The notes beneath the pieces were generated by a model. It was not told the DNA's origin. It saw nothing but the letters and a program-made list of their open reading frames with translations, and did no database searches. A DNA stretch of 64,000 nt from Myxococcota bacterium (GTDB taxonomy: Bacteria; Myxococcota_A; UBA9160; UBA6930), in the NCBI GenBank assembly GCA_965223415.1, contig OZ245002.1, positions 3,328,001 through 3,392,000 on the forward strand. Direction: 5' to 3'. Each line of letters opens with the position of its first letter. Positions within the stretch are counted from its first letter, which is position 1. Both the position numbers and the translations under genes were made by a program. Shown piece after piece: positions 7,502-16,662 of this stretch.

Positions 7502-9055
7502 TTGGGCGAGGCGACCGGTTTCCACAGCGAGCCCGCGCCCCGGTCCGACGGGCGCAGGCGCCGGCGCGGCGGCGGTGACGACGGCGGGGCTGCCGAGCTC
7601 CTCGGCCGCGTCCCGCCCCACGATCTCGAGGCGGAGAAGTCCGTCCTCTCCGCCCTGCTCCTCGACCCGCGGGTCTTCCACGAGATCTTCGAGGAGGTCG
7701 GGGCCGACGACTTCTACCACCCGGCCCACCAGGTGCTGCTGCGGGCAATGCTCACCATCCACGACGAGCGCCGTCCCGTCGACCTGATCACGCTCTCCGA
7801 GTACCTGACGACCCAGAAGACCCTGGACGCGGTGGGCGGGCCGGTCGCCCTGGCGGAGATCGCCGACTACGCCGCCACCAGCGCCAACGTGCTGCACCAC
7901 GCCCGGATCGTCCGGGACAAGGCGGTGAAGCGGCGGCTCATCCAGGTGGCCAGCGAGATCGCCGAGACCGGCTATGACGAGGAGGGCAACGCCGACCAGC
8001 TTCTCGACTTCGCCGAGTCGCGCATCTTCGAGGTGTCGAAGGCCCAGAGCAAGAGCTCCTTCGCCAGCCTGCACGACGAGATGCCCGGCACCTTCGACTA
8101 CGTCGAGGCGATCATGAACCGGGGGGGCGATCTCACCGGCCTGCCCACGGGCTTCGACGACCTGGACGAGATGACCGGCGGGCTCCAGCCCGGGGAGCTG
8201 ATCATCATCGCCGCGCGTCCGAGCATGGGAAAGACCGCGTTCGCATTGAACATCGCCCGCAACGCGGCGGTGGGACACGGCAAGAACGCCGCCGTGTTCT
8301 CCCTCGAGATGACCACCCGCTCGCTCATCGTGCGGCTGCTCTCGACCGAGGCGCAGATCGACTTCTCCAGCCTGCGCAAGGGCTTCCTGCCCATGTCCGA
8401 CTACCGCAAGCTGCAGACCGCCGCCGACCGCCTCTCCCAGGCGAAGATCTGGATCGACGATTCCGGCGCCCTCGACATCCTCGAGATCAAGGCGAAGAGC
8501 CGGCGCCTCCACTCGGAGCACGGGCTCGACCTGGTGATCGTCGACTACCTGCAGCTCGCGAGCGCCGCTGGGCGACGGGACCGCAAGGATCTCGAGATCG
8601 CCGAGATCTCCCGGGGCCTGAAGGCGCTCTCGAAGGAGCTCGACCTGCCGGTGATCGCGCTCTCCCAGCTGAACCGGGGCCCGGAGCAGCGCGATCCGGA
8701 CAAGCGCCGGCCGATGATGGGCGACCTGCGCGAGTCCGGCGCGATCGAGCAAGACGCGGACGTCGTCGCGTTCATCTACCGGGACGTCGTTTACAACAAG
8801 GAGACCGCCGACCCGCGGATGGCGGAGATCATCATCGAGAAGCAGCGCAACGGGCCGACCGGCACCGTGAAGCTCGACTTCGAGGGTCGCTATGCGCGCT
8901 TCGCCAACCGCGCCGCGGACGAGCCGCCGGACCTTCCGGCGGTGTCCGGCAGCTTCGTGGGCCCGGGTGACGACGCTGGCTTCGGCGGCACGGGCTTCGG
9001 CGACGGCGGCCTCGGCGGCCCGCCGCCGGCACCGGACGACGAGCCGGTCTTCTGA
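7502..9055 (+). CDS. dnaB: Replicative DNA helicase DnaB
   Basis: PPHDLEAE.SVL, AARPSMGKT (Walker A), FSLEM, VDYLQL, LSQLNR, DLRESGAIEQDAD, KQRNGPTG; TTG start after GAGGAGG. Confidence 0.97.
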   Translation: MGEATGFHSEPAPRSDGRRRRRGGGDDGGAAELLGRVPPHDLEAEKSVLSALLLDPRVFHEIFEEVGADDFYHPAHQVLLRAMLTIHDERRPVDLITLSEYLTTQKTLDAVGGPVALAEIADYAATSANVLHHARIVRDKAVKRRLIQVASEIAETGYDEEGNADQLLDFAESRIFEVSKAQSKSSFASLHDEMPGTFDYVEAIMNRGGDLTGLPTGFDDLDEMTGGLQPGELIIIAARPSMGKTAFALNIARNAAVGHGKNAAVFSLEMTTRSLIVRLLSTEAQIDFSSLRKGFLPMSDYRKLQTAADRLSQAKIWIDDSGALDILEIKAKSRRLHSEHGLDLVIVDYLQLASAAGRRDRKDLEIAEISRGLKALSKELDLPVIALSQLNRGPEQRDPDKRRPMMGDLRESGAIEQDADVVAFIYRDVVYNKETADPRMAEIIIEKQRNGPTGTVKLDFEGRYARFANRAADEPPDLPAVSGSFVGPGDDAGFGGTGFGDGGLGGPPPAPDDEPVF

Positions 9056-9061
9056 CCGGGC

Positions 9062-10813
9062 CTACGGGCAGCTCGCCCCCGCCGGCGGAGGGCCGCCCGG
9101 ACACAGGTCCGGGCGCACGAACACCCGGATCTCCCGGCGCCTCTCGTCTCCGGCCACCCGCACCCGCCGGGGGCGGAAGCTCCGCCAGGGCACCAGGCCG
9201 TGGGCACGGGCCTCCGCCTCCTCGCGCTCGTCGTAGGTCATGGCCAGGGCGGGGCGGAAGCGCTCCCAGCCATCCGGGTTCTGGGGGATCCCGGCGGGCC
9301 GATCCGCACGAACGGTGACGGCGACGAGCCGGGTCTCGAGGGCGTAGGTGTAGGCCTCGGCGCCGACCAGCACACGGTCCGCCTCGGGCCAGTCCCGCGA
9401 CAGGGCGGCCAGGGCCCGCGAGGTATCGCGGACGCCGAAGGTCGGCGAGCGCAGCTCCGCAGCGATGCGCAGCCCGTCGACGGCGAGGATGGCGAGCAAC
9501 AGTGCCGCAGCCGGCAGGGCGACGGGGCGTGCCGGGAGCCACCCGCGCATTGCCACGGCGAGGAGCGGCCCGCCGACGAGGCCCGCCGTGGCGACCAGGG
9601 ACGTGACGCGCTGCTCCGGAAAGCCCGTGCCGAGGGCGTCGGCCAAGGCCCGGAGCGGCTCCCGCAGGGGAACGGCCGCCACCAGCCCGACGAATCCGCC
9701 GAGCAGCGCGCCGGCCGACGCCAGGCGCAGCGGGGAAGCGGCGTCGCGCGCCGGGAGGGCCACGGCCCCGCCGCGCGCGGCGAGACCGGCGAGCAGGGCG
9801 AGGGGCGGCATCACCGCGAGGAAGCGGCGGTCCGGCGCCCAGGAAAGCAGGGAGAGCAGGCCCAGGCCCACGGCGAGCCAGCACCAGGCGAGTCGCTCCA
9901 GCGCGCCGGTGGGAACGCGGCTCGCCCGGGTGAGGCGCGCCGCGCCGAAGCCGACCGCCAGGGCGAGGAGCGGCCACGAGAAGCGCAGGAAGGCGCTCCA
10001 GGGAAGGGCGGGGCGCGACAGCCCGACCGCGTGGACCGAGGGGAACTCGGAGCCTCGCGCGCCGAGGCCGCTCCGCAGGCTCCCGGCCAGGTCCGCCGCG
10101 GCGTCCGGGTGGGCCAGGGCCAGCGCGCCGAGGGCGGCGATGCCCGCCGCCCCTGTCGCCGCGAAGGCCAGAGGGCCGCGGCCGTCGAAAGGCCGGGAGC
10201 GTGCCCACTCGACCCACCAGAACAGCACGAGGGCCGGGAGCAGCACGGCCGCCGAGTGCTTCGAGGCCAGCGCCGCGCAGAAGGCCAGGCCGGCACCGAC
10301 GCCCCAGAGTGGCCGCCGGGTCGCGGCCAGCCCGCAGGCGGCGGTCACGAGCAGGAGCCCCATCTGCCACGACTCGACCAGGGCGACCCGGTTGTGGATC
10401 AGGTGGAAGTAGGAGAGGCCCAGGGCGAGGGCGGCGAGGAAGGCGGGCCAGACGTCCTCGCGCCGGCGCAGGAGGCCGTAGACGAGGAGGCACGCCGCGA
10501 AGCCGGACAGGGCGCTCAGGAGCCGCGTCTGGGCCAGGCCGACGCCCGCGACCGCGTAGACCGCCCGCAGTGCAGCGCTGTAGGCGGGGGCCATGCTGAG
10601 CCCCGGGTTGTGGTCGTCGGTCGTCCAGCGCCCGAAGACCGCCGCCTGACGGGCGTTGCTCGCCCAGGCGCCCTCGTCGGTGAGCACGCCGCGGAAGACG
10701 TCCAGGGACGGGTCGGCGTCCAGAGACAGGAGCCGCGGCGGGAGGGCGAGGGCCGCCAGCAGCAGCAGGGCGAGGAGATCGCCGCGCAGAACCGACTCGG
10801 TCCCCCGGCTCAC
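9062..10813 (-). CDS. GT-C fold polyprenyl-phosphate-sugar glycosyltransferase (ArnT/PMT_2-like)
   Basis: N-terminal TM followed by a DE motif (TDEGAW), RLLSALSG, LASKHS and many hydrophobic helices; last gene of the sulfotransferase operon. Confidence 0.75.
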   Translation of the reverse strand: MSRGTESVLRGDLLALLLLAALALPPRLLSLDADPSLDVFRGVLTDEGAWASNARQAAVFGRWTTDDHNPGLSMAPAYSAALRAVYAVAGVGLAQTRLLSALSGFAACLLVYGLLRRREDVWPAFLAALALGLSYFHLIHNRVALVESWQMGLLLVTAACGLAATRRPLWGVGAGLAFCAALASKHSAAVLLPALVLFWWVEWARSRPFDGRGPLAFAATGAAGIAALGALALAHPDAAADLAGSLRSGLGARGSEFPSVHAVGLSRPALPWSAFLRFSWPLLALAVGFGAARLTRASRVPTGALERLAWCWLAVGLGLLSLLSWAPDRRFLAVMPPLALLAGLAARGGAVALPARDAASPLRLASAGALLGGFVGLVAAVPLREPLRALADALGTGFPEQRVTSLVATAGLVGGPLLAVAMRGWLPARPVALPAAALLLAILAVDGLRIAAELRSPTFGVRDTSRALAALSRDWPEADRVLVGAEAYTYALETRLVAVTVRADRPAGIPQNPDGWERFRPALAMTYDEREEAEARAHGLVPWRSFRPRRVRVAGDERRREIRVFVRPDLCPGGPPPAGASCP

Positions 10814-11118
10814 GCGTTGTAGACCAGCACGCCCAGGACGATCAGTCCCACCGACGCCGCCTGGCGAGCCGTGACGCGCTCGCCTAGCAACGCGCGGGAG
10901 AGCGCCAGCGCGATCACCGGGATGAACCCGTTGGCCATGTAGACGGTGCCGACCTCGAGGCCGCGCAGGGCGACGTAGTAGCCGACCTGTCCCACGAGGA
11001 ACGCCGCGACGGCCAGGAGGAGGGTCGGCGCCGAGCGGCCGACCAGGGAGCCGCGGAGCAGCACGTGTCCGGCGGCGGCCGCCGCGACACCTCCCGCCAG
11101 GGCCGCCAGGTGCATCAT
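10810..11118 (-). CDS. Small DMT/SMR-like membrane protein (ArnE/ArnF-like flippase subunit)
   Basis: 102 aa, 4 TM; YYVALRGLEVGTVY...LLGERVT....VGLIVLGV is EamA/SMR-like; 4-bp overlaps with both neighbours. Confidence 0.7.
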   Translation of the reverse strand: MMHLAALAGGVAAAAAGHVLLRGSLVGRSAPTLLLAVAAFLVGQVGYYVALRGLEVGTVYMANGFIPVIALALSRALLGERVTARQAASVGLIVLGVLVYNA

Positions 11119-11480
11119 CGCTCCGACCCGGCAGAGAGGGCGGCCGCGCCGGCGGCGATCAGCAGGGCGCCCAGGATCTCCGCGGGCCCGACGGGATCGC
11201 CGAAGGCCACCGCCACCGGCAGCATGGCGGGGAAGAAGAGCGCGCCGAACGGGACCGTGCGAGCGATCGGAAAGCGCGCGTGGGCGAGGCTCCAGACGCC
11301 GAAGCGCACGCCGTTCAGGGCCAGCACGACGGCCATGCCCGCGGCGAGGAGAAGCGGTGTCTCCTCGGCCCGGAGATCCACGAGGCTCTTCAGGAGCACC
11401 GCGCCCAGCACCTGGAAGCCGACCGCCGCTCCGACGATGACGACGGCTCCCAAGCCTCCGGCCGTCTCAGACCGCGACAT
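11115..11480 (-). CDS. Small DMT/SMR-like membrane protein (second flippase-like subunit)
   Basis: 121 aa, 4 TM; W.LAH.RFPI....P....F.....FGDPV....ILG.LLI resembles the ArnF pattern. Confidence 0.65.
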   Translation of the reverse strand: MSRSETAGGLGAVVIVGAAVGFQVLGAVLLKSLVDLRAEETPLLLAAGMAVVLALNGVRFGVWSLAHARFPIARTVPFGALFFPAMLPVAVAFGDPVGPAEILGALLIAAGAAALSAGSER

Positions 11481-12492
11481 CGGCGGCCTTCAGTGCGTCG
11501 CGGAGACGTGCGGCGGTGGCGGCGTCGAGGCGGACGCGGGCGCTCACCTCCTGGACGGGGACCGTGCGCACCGGTGGCCCCCAGCCCATTCGTTCGCCCA
11601 ACGCCGCGAGCGCATCCATCGGCGCCTCGCAGAACGCCTCGTACCCGACGATCCGGGCGCGCCCGCCGGGGAGTGCCGCGAGCTGCGCTGCGGCCATCCG
11701 CCGGTGATAGGCGACCTGGAAGGCCACGTCGTCGACCGGCTCCGCACCGCGGGGGCGGTCCGCGTCGTCCACGCCGTACACCCGCTGCGGGTCCCCCTCG
11801 ATGGCGCTGCGGGCGAGCAGCAGGGCCTGGGCCAGGAAGAAGGGATCCCGCTCGAGAATCAGGAACACGCTCTCCGGGAGCTCGGCGCCGACCCGGGCCG
11901 CAGAGGTGTTGAGCGAGTTGTTCTTCATCACCAGCGGTCGGTCGAAGGCCGCGTCCCAGGCGCCGAAGAAGCGCCGCATCGCGAGGGCCCGCTCCGGCGG
12001 GATGTGGGTCGTGGGCCGGCGCCGGTCCGGCTCCAGCCAGCGGTCCCAGAGGTGAAGGGCGTCGCTCGTGCCGTGGCCGCGCCGGGTCCGGCCGTAGTAG
12101 CTCTCGAGCGCGACGGCTTCGTTGCGGAAGGGGCGGCGCCGGAGCCCCGCGGCGCGGATCGGTGAGCGCGGAAACATCGAGATCCAGTTGGTCGGGTACG
12201 ACACGTCGAAGGCGCGGACCAGGGACTGGAAGACGAGGGTCGTGCCGCTGCGCGGGGGGCCGCCGACGAACAGCGGCGGGCGGGTCGCGGCCGGCGCGTC
12301 CCGGTAGAGCCGCTGCTCGCCCGGCTCGAGCAGCCGGTCCAGGGGCGAGAGGCACGCGCTGCCCAGGGCGGTCCACAGGGCGTAGTAGGCGCTGGCGTCG
12401 CGGCTCCGCAGCACCCGCGCCGCCAGCCCGAGCGGATCCTCGAAGTGGGCCGGGACGATCGCTGCGGCGCGCTCACGATCGGCCGGGGACAT
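11467..12492 (-). CDS. PAPS-dependent sulfotransferase family protein
   Basis: 5'-PSB loop PLFVGGPPRSGTTLV, LVMKN, FLILERDP (3'-PB-like), VGYEAFCEAP; SD GAGGGAG upstream. Confidence 0.85.
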   Translation of the reverse strand: MSPADRERAAAIVPAHFEDPLGLAARVLRSRDASAYYALWTALGSACLSPLDRLLEPGEQRLYRDAPAATRPPLFVGGPPRSGTTLVFQSLVRAFDVSYPTNWISMFPRSPIRAAGLRRRPFRNEAVALESYYGRTRRGHGTSDALHLWDRWLEPDRRRPTTHIPPERALAMRRFFGAWDAAFDRPLVMKNNSLNTSAARVGAELPESVFLILERDPFFLAQALLLARSAIEGDPQRVYGVDDADRPRGAEPVDDVAFQVAYHRRMAAAQLAALPGGRARIVGYEAFCEAPMDALAALGERMGWGPPVRTVPVQEVSARVRLDAATAARLRDALKAADVAV

Positions 12493-12735
12493 GTGGCTCC
12501 CTCGCGGTGGGGTCCATGGGCAACGGCATGGTGCGTGAGTTCCACGCTGGAGGTCAGGGGTGGTGAGCCCCCGGGCCAGATTCGCCCGTCAATGCGCAAC
12601 TTGGCTCGTAACTATCTGTAACCGATTGGATTTCTGACGAAAAAGCGAGACGTGACCGAATCCCCCCGACACCGAAAGGGTGACCCGGGCCACAAAATCG
12701 ATGAAGGTACGTACACCCGTAGCCGCAGGCCCCCT

Positions 12736-13836
12736 ATGGAAGCTCCCCAGCGACCCAGGCTGCTTCTCGTCGTCGGCACCCGTCCCGAAGTGGTGAAGAT
12801 GGCTCCCGTGGTCCGGGCTGCGGATCGGCACGGCGTGCCCTTCCTCCTGGTTCACTCAGGCCAGCACTACGACGACGCCCTGGACGGCGTGTTCTTCCGC
12901 GAGCTCGGGCTGCCCGCGCCCTCGGTCCAGCTCGGAGTCGGCTCCTGCGAGCGCCCGGAGCAGGTGGAGCGGGTTCGCGGCGGCGTGCGGGAGGTGGCCC
13001 GCCGCGAGCGGCCCGACGTGATCGTCGTCCAGGGGGACACCAACTCCGCACTGGGCGGCGCCCGGGCCGCCGACGATCTCGGCATTTCCCTCGCCCATGT
13101 CGAGGCGGGCCTGCGCTGCGGCGACCTGGCGATGCCCGAGGAGCAGAACCGACGCGAGGCCGATCGGCTGGCGAGCCTGCGCTTCGCGCCCACTCCGGAG
13201 GCCCAGGTGGCACTGCTCACCGAAGGATGCGCGCCGGAGTCCGTGTTCGTCACCGGCAACACCGTCGTCGACGAGCTCGAGCGCCAGCTGCCCCGGGCCC
13301 GGGCGCGTGGGGCCGCGGCGCGTCTCGGCCTTCGGCCCGGCGCCTTCGGGCTGGCGACGATCCACCGGCAGGAGGCGGTCCACGACGGTCCGGTCCTGCG
13401 CGAGGTGCTGGCGGGTGTCGCCCGCGGCATGGACGCCTGGCAGCTGCCGGTCGTGCTGCCCGCCCATCCGCGTACCGCCCGGCGGATTCGCGAGCTCCGC
13501 ATCGACCTGTCCGGCGGTCTGCGGCTGATGCCGCCCCTGGGCTACCTGGACTTCCTCTCGCTCCTCGCCGACGCGGCGGTGGTGTGGACCGACTCGGGCG
13601 GCGTCCAGGAAGAGGCCTGCTGTCTCGGCGTGCCGTCGGTGGTGCTGCGCGACTCGACGGAGCGACCGGAGGCGGTCGAGGCCGGCGCCAGCCGGCTCGC
13701 CGGACGCGTCGCCACTTCCATCGAGGCCGCCAGCGCCGCCGCCCGCGAGGCGCCGCTCGGCTGGCCGAACCCCTTCGGAGACGGAAAAGCGGGCGAGAGG
13801 ATCCTGGCCACCTTGCTGCGCTGGAGTGAAAGATGA
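12736..13836 (+). CDS. wecB: UDP-N-acetylglucosamine 2-epimerase (non-hydrolysing, WecB/WbpI-like)
   Basis: VGTRPE..KMAP, HSGQHYD, VQGDTNS, HVEAGLR, PEE.NR, TGNTVVD, TDSGGVQEEA, TERPE, NPFGDG. Start trimmed to ATG 12736. Confidence 0.9.
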   Translation: MEAPQRPRLLLVVGTRPEVVKMAPVVRAADRHGVPFLLVHSGQHYDDALDGVFFRELGLPAPSVQLGVGSCERPEQVERVRGGVREVARRERPDVIVVQGDTNSALGGARAADDLGISLAHVEAGLRCGDLAMPEEQNRREADRLASLRFAPTPEAQVALLTEGCAPESVFVTGNTVVDELERQLPRARARGAAARLGLRPGAFGLATIHRQEAVHDGPVLREVLAGVARGMDAWQLPVVLPAHPRTARRIRELRIDLSGGLRLMPPLGYLDFLSLLADAAVVWTDSGGVQEEACCLGVPSVVLRDSTERPEAVEAGASRLAGRVATSIEAASAAAREAPLGWPNPFGDGKAGERILATLLRWSER

Positions 13837-15047
13837 GCGGACGTCGACTGCCCTCGGATCAGGACGCCAGCGGGCGCACCTTCGCCGCCGAGGAGCGCGA
13901 AGAGCTCGATCGCGTGCTTGCTTCGGGAACCCTCACGCCCACCAAGGGAGCTGCGGTGCGCGCCCTCGAGGAGCGCTTCGCCGCGTTGCTCGGCGTGGAG
14001 CACGCCTTCGCCTGCACGTCGGGCACTGCGGCCGTGCACCTGGCGGTGATGGCCCTCGACCTGGAGCCCGGTGACGAGGTGATCACCACGTCGGTTACCG
14101 ACATGGGGGGCCTCTCGCCCATCCTGTTCCAGGGGGCGATCCCGGTGTTCGCGGACGTCGACCCCGACACCCTGCTGGTGACGCCCGAGAGCGTCGAAGC
14201 GCGGCTCTCGCCGCGCACCCGCGCCATCGTCGCGACCCACCTGTTCGGCCGCGCCTGCGACATGGACGGCCTCCGCGCCCTGGCCGAGCCGCGCGGCATC
14301 GCGCTGATCGAGGACGCCGCCCAGGCCTACCTGAGCGAGTGGAACGGCGGGCTGGCGGGAACCCTGGGCGACCTCGGCTGCTTCAGCCTCCAGCAGGGCA
14401 AGCACATCACGACGGGGGAGGGCGGCCTCGTCACGACCGACGACCCGGATCTCGCCCGGCGCGTGCGCCTCGGCGTGAACAAGGCCTGGCCCTACGGCGA
14501 GGACGGGCCCGACCACGAGTTCCTGGCCCTGAACTACCGCATGAGCGAGCTGGTCGGCGCCGTGGCCTGCGCGCAACTGCCGCGCCTCCGCGGCGTTGTG
14601 GAGGCGCGGGTGGCCCGGGCCGAGGAGCTGACCCGCCGGCTCTGCGACGTCCCCGGTCTGACGCTCCCGGCGCCTCCGGCCGGCGGTGTGCACAGCTACT
14701 GGAAGTACGCGCCGACGGTCGACCCGGCCGTCGTCGAGGGCGGTGCCGTGGCCCTCGGCGCGCGCCTCGCCGATCAGGGCATCGCCTGTGCACCGCGCTA
14801 CATCCAGAAGCCCGCGTTCCGCTGCCGCGTGTTCCAGGAGCGCAACACCTTCGGCCGCAGCCACTGGCCCTTCGACCTGGCGCGCCCCGGCGCCTTGGAC
14901 TGGTCGGACGAGCGCTTCCCCGGCACCTGGCGCGGCCTGGAGCGTGTGCTCGTGCTGCCCTGGAACGAGCGATACGACGACGGGGACGTGGCCTTCATCG
15001 CGGACGCGGTTCGAGACGCCGCCCGCGCGCTGAAGGTGGCGGCATGA
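13833..15047 (+). CDS. DegT/DnrJ/EryC1/StrS nucleotide-sugar aminotransferase
   Basis: SGTAAVH, PGDEVI, IEDAAQA, FSLQQGKHITTGEGG (PLP Lys), NYRMSE. Confidence 0.92.
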   Translation: MSGRRLPSDQDASGRTFAAEEREELDRVLASGTLTPTKGAAVRALEERFAALLGVEHAFACTSGTAAVHLAVMALDLEPGDEVITTSVTDMGGLSPILFQGAIPVFADVDPDTLLVTPESVEARLSPRTRAIVATHLFGRACDMDGLRALAEPRGIALIEDAAQAYLSEWNGGLAGTLGDLGCFSLQQGKHITTGEGGLVTTDDPDLARRVRLGVNKAWPYGEDGPDHEFLALNYRMSELVGAVACAQLPRLRGVVEARVARAEELTRRLCDVPGLTLPAPPAGGVHSYWKYAPTVDPAVVEGGAVALGARLADQGIACAPRYIQKPAFRCRVFQERNTFGRSHWPFDLARPGALDWSDERFPGTWRGLERVLVLPWNERYDDGDVAFIADAVRDAARALKVAA

Positions 15048-16042
15048 GCGCCGCGGCGCCGGTCCGGACCGGCCTCCTCGGCGCGGGGCGCATCTCCCGG
15101 GCCTACGCCGACGCCCTGGCGGCGACGCCGGCCGCCGAGCTGGTCGCCGTCGCCGATCTCGAAGTGGAGGCGGCCGCCGCCCTGGCCCGCGAGCAGGACT
15201 GCGCCGCGTTCCCGTCGCACCGGGCGCTCCTCGAGGAGGGCGGCTGCGAGGCCGTCGTGGTGTGCACGCCGCCCGCGACCCACGAGCGACTCGCCGTCGA
15301 CGCGCTCGAGCGGGGCGTGGCGGTGCTGTGCGAGAAGCCCCTGGCCCTCGAGGCGGCCTCGGCGAAGCGGATGCTGTGTGCGGCAGAGGCCGCCGGCGTT
15401 CCTTTCACGATGGCGACGAAGTTCCGCTACGTGGCGGACGTGGAGCGGGCCGGGGAGCTCATCGCCGCCGGGCGGATCGGCGAGGTGGTCCTCTTCGAGA
15501 TCGCCTTCGCCGCCGCCGTCGACATGTCTCACCGCTGGAACGCGGATCCCACCGTCTCCGGAGGCGGCGTCCTGATCGACAACGGCACCCACGCCGTCGA
15601 CCTGATCCGCCACCTGGCGGGCCCCATCCTCGAGGTCCAGGCCTGTGAGGGCCGCCGGCTGCAGCAGCTCGCCGTCGAGGACACGGCGCAGCTCTTCGTG
15701 CGCACAGGCGAGGGCGTCGTCGGGCACGTGGACCTCTCCTGGTCCCTGGACAAGGACCAGGCCCACTTCCTTCACGTCTACGGATCCGAGGGGCTCCTGC
15801 GGGTCGGCTGGCAGGAGAGCCTGCTACGCACCGGCGACGGCCAGGTGGAGCGCTTCGGCGACGGCTACGACAAGCTGGACGCCTTCCGCCGCCAGCTCGA
15901 GGACTTCGCGGCCGTCATCCGCACCGGCTCCGCGCCCCGGGTGTCGGGTGCCGACGCCCTCTCGTCCGTGGAAGTGATCCAGGCCGCCTATCGTTCCCTC
16001 GAGGAGGGCCGGTGGCAACGGGTGCCAGGAGCGGGTGGGTGA
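15044..16042 (+). CDS. Gfo/Idh/MocA NAD-dependent oxidoreductase (WbpB/GnnA-like sugar 3-dehydrogenase)
   Basis: GLLGAGRI, VCTPP..H, VLCEKPLA, SGGGVLIDNGTHAVD; ATGA overlap with the DegT gene. Confidence 0.88.
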   Translation: MSAAAPVRTGLLGAGRISRAYADALAATPAAELVAVADLEVEAAAALAREQDCAAFPSHRALLEEGGCEAVVVCTPPATHERLAVDALERGVAVLCEKPLALEAASAKRMLCAAEAAGVPFTMATKFRYVADVERAGELIAAGRIGEVVLFEIAFAAAVDMSHRWNADPTVSGGGVLIDNGTHAVDLIRHLAGPILEVQACEGRRLQQLAVEDTAQLFVRTGEGVVGHVDLSWSLDKDQAHFLHVYGSEGLLRVGWQESLLRTGDGQVERFGDGYDKLDAFRRQLEDFAAVIRTGSAPRVSGADALSSVEVIQAAYRSLEEGRWQRVPGAGG

Positions 16043-16662
16043 CGGCATGGGTCCATCCGACCGCCGAGGTCGAAGAGGGGGCAATCGTCGGTGAGGGCAC
16101 CCGCGTGTGGTCCCACGCTCACCTGCGCGGTCCGAGCAAGATCGGCCGGGACTGCATCGTCGGCGAAAAGACCTACGTCGCCTACGACGTGACCCTCGGC
16201 GACCGGGTCAAGCTCAACGCCTTCGTCTACCTGTGCGCCGGTGTCCGCCTGGAGGACGGCGTGATGGTGGCCGCCGGCGCGGTCTTCACGAACGACCGCT
16301 GGCCCCGGGCGGCGACACCGGATCTCGCCGCGCTCCTCCCGTCGGAGCCGAACGGGGACATGGGGCGCACCACCGTTCGCGCCGGCGCCACGATCGGCGC
16401 GCGCGCGGTGATCGGCGGCGGTCTCGAGATCGGCCGCTTCGCCATGGTCGGCATGGGCGCGGTGGTGACCCGCGACGTGCCCGATCACCACCTCGTGGTC
16501 GGGCAGCCGGCCCGGCCGATCGCCATCGTGTGTCGCTGCGGTCGCCCCCTCCACCGCCTGGAAGAGGGTCCGCCGCCCGCGCGGATGGGCTGCAAGGAGT
16601 GCGGCAGCGTGCTGCGGGTGGGCGAGGACGGCGTCGACTCCTTCGCCTACGGCTCCCGATGA
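16039..16662 (+). CDS. Hexapeptide-repeat N-acyltransferase (WbpD-like) with C-terminal Cys ribbon
   Basis: VHPTAEV, GTRVW, FTND..PRA, GATIGA, AMVGMGAVVTRDVP...VVGQPAR; then CRCG..CKECG. GTGA overlap. Confidence 0.88.
   Translation: MTAWVHPTAEVEEGAIVGEGTRVWSHAHLRGPSKIGRDCIVGEKTYVAYDVTLGDRVKLNAFVYLCAGVRLEDGVMVAAGAVFTNDRWPRAATPDLAALLPSEPNGDMGRTTVRAGATIGARAVIGGGLEIGRFAMVGMGAVVTRDVPDHHLVVGQPARPIAIVCRCGRPLHRLEEGPPPARMGCKECGSVLRVGEDGVDSFAYGSR

Noticed and set aside
7502..9055. Intein in DnaB
   Set aside because: Helicase motifs are contiguous; the extra length is terminal low-complexity sequence.
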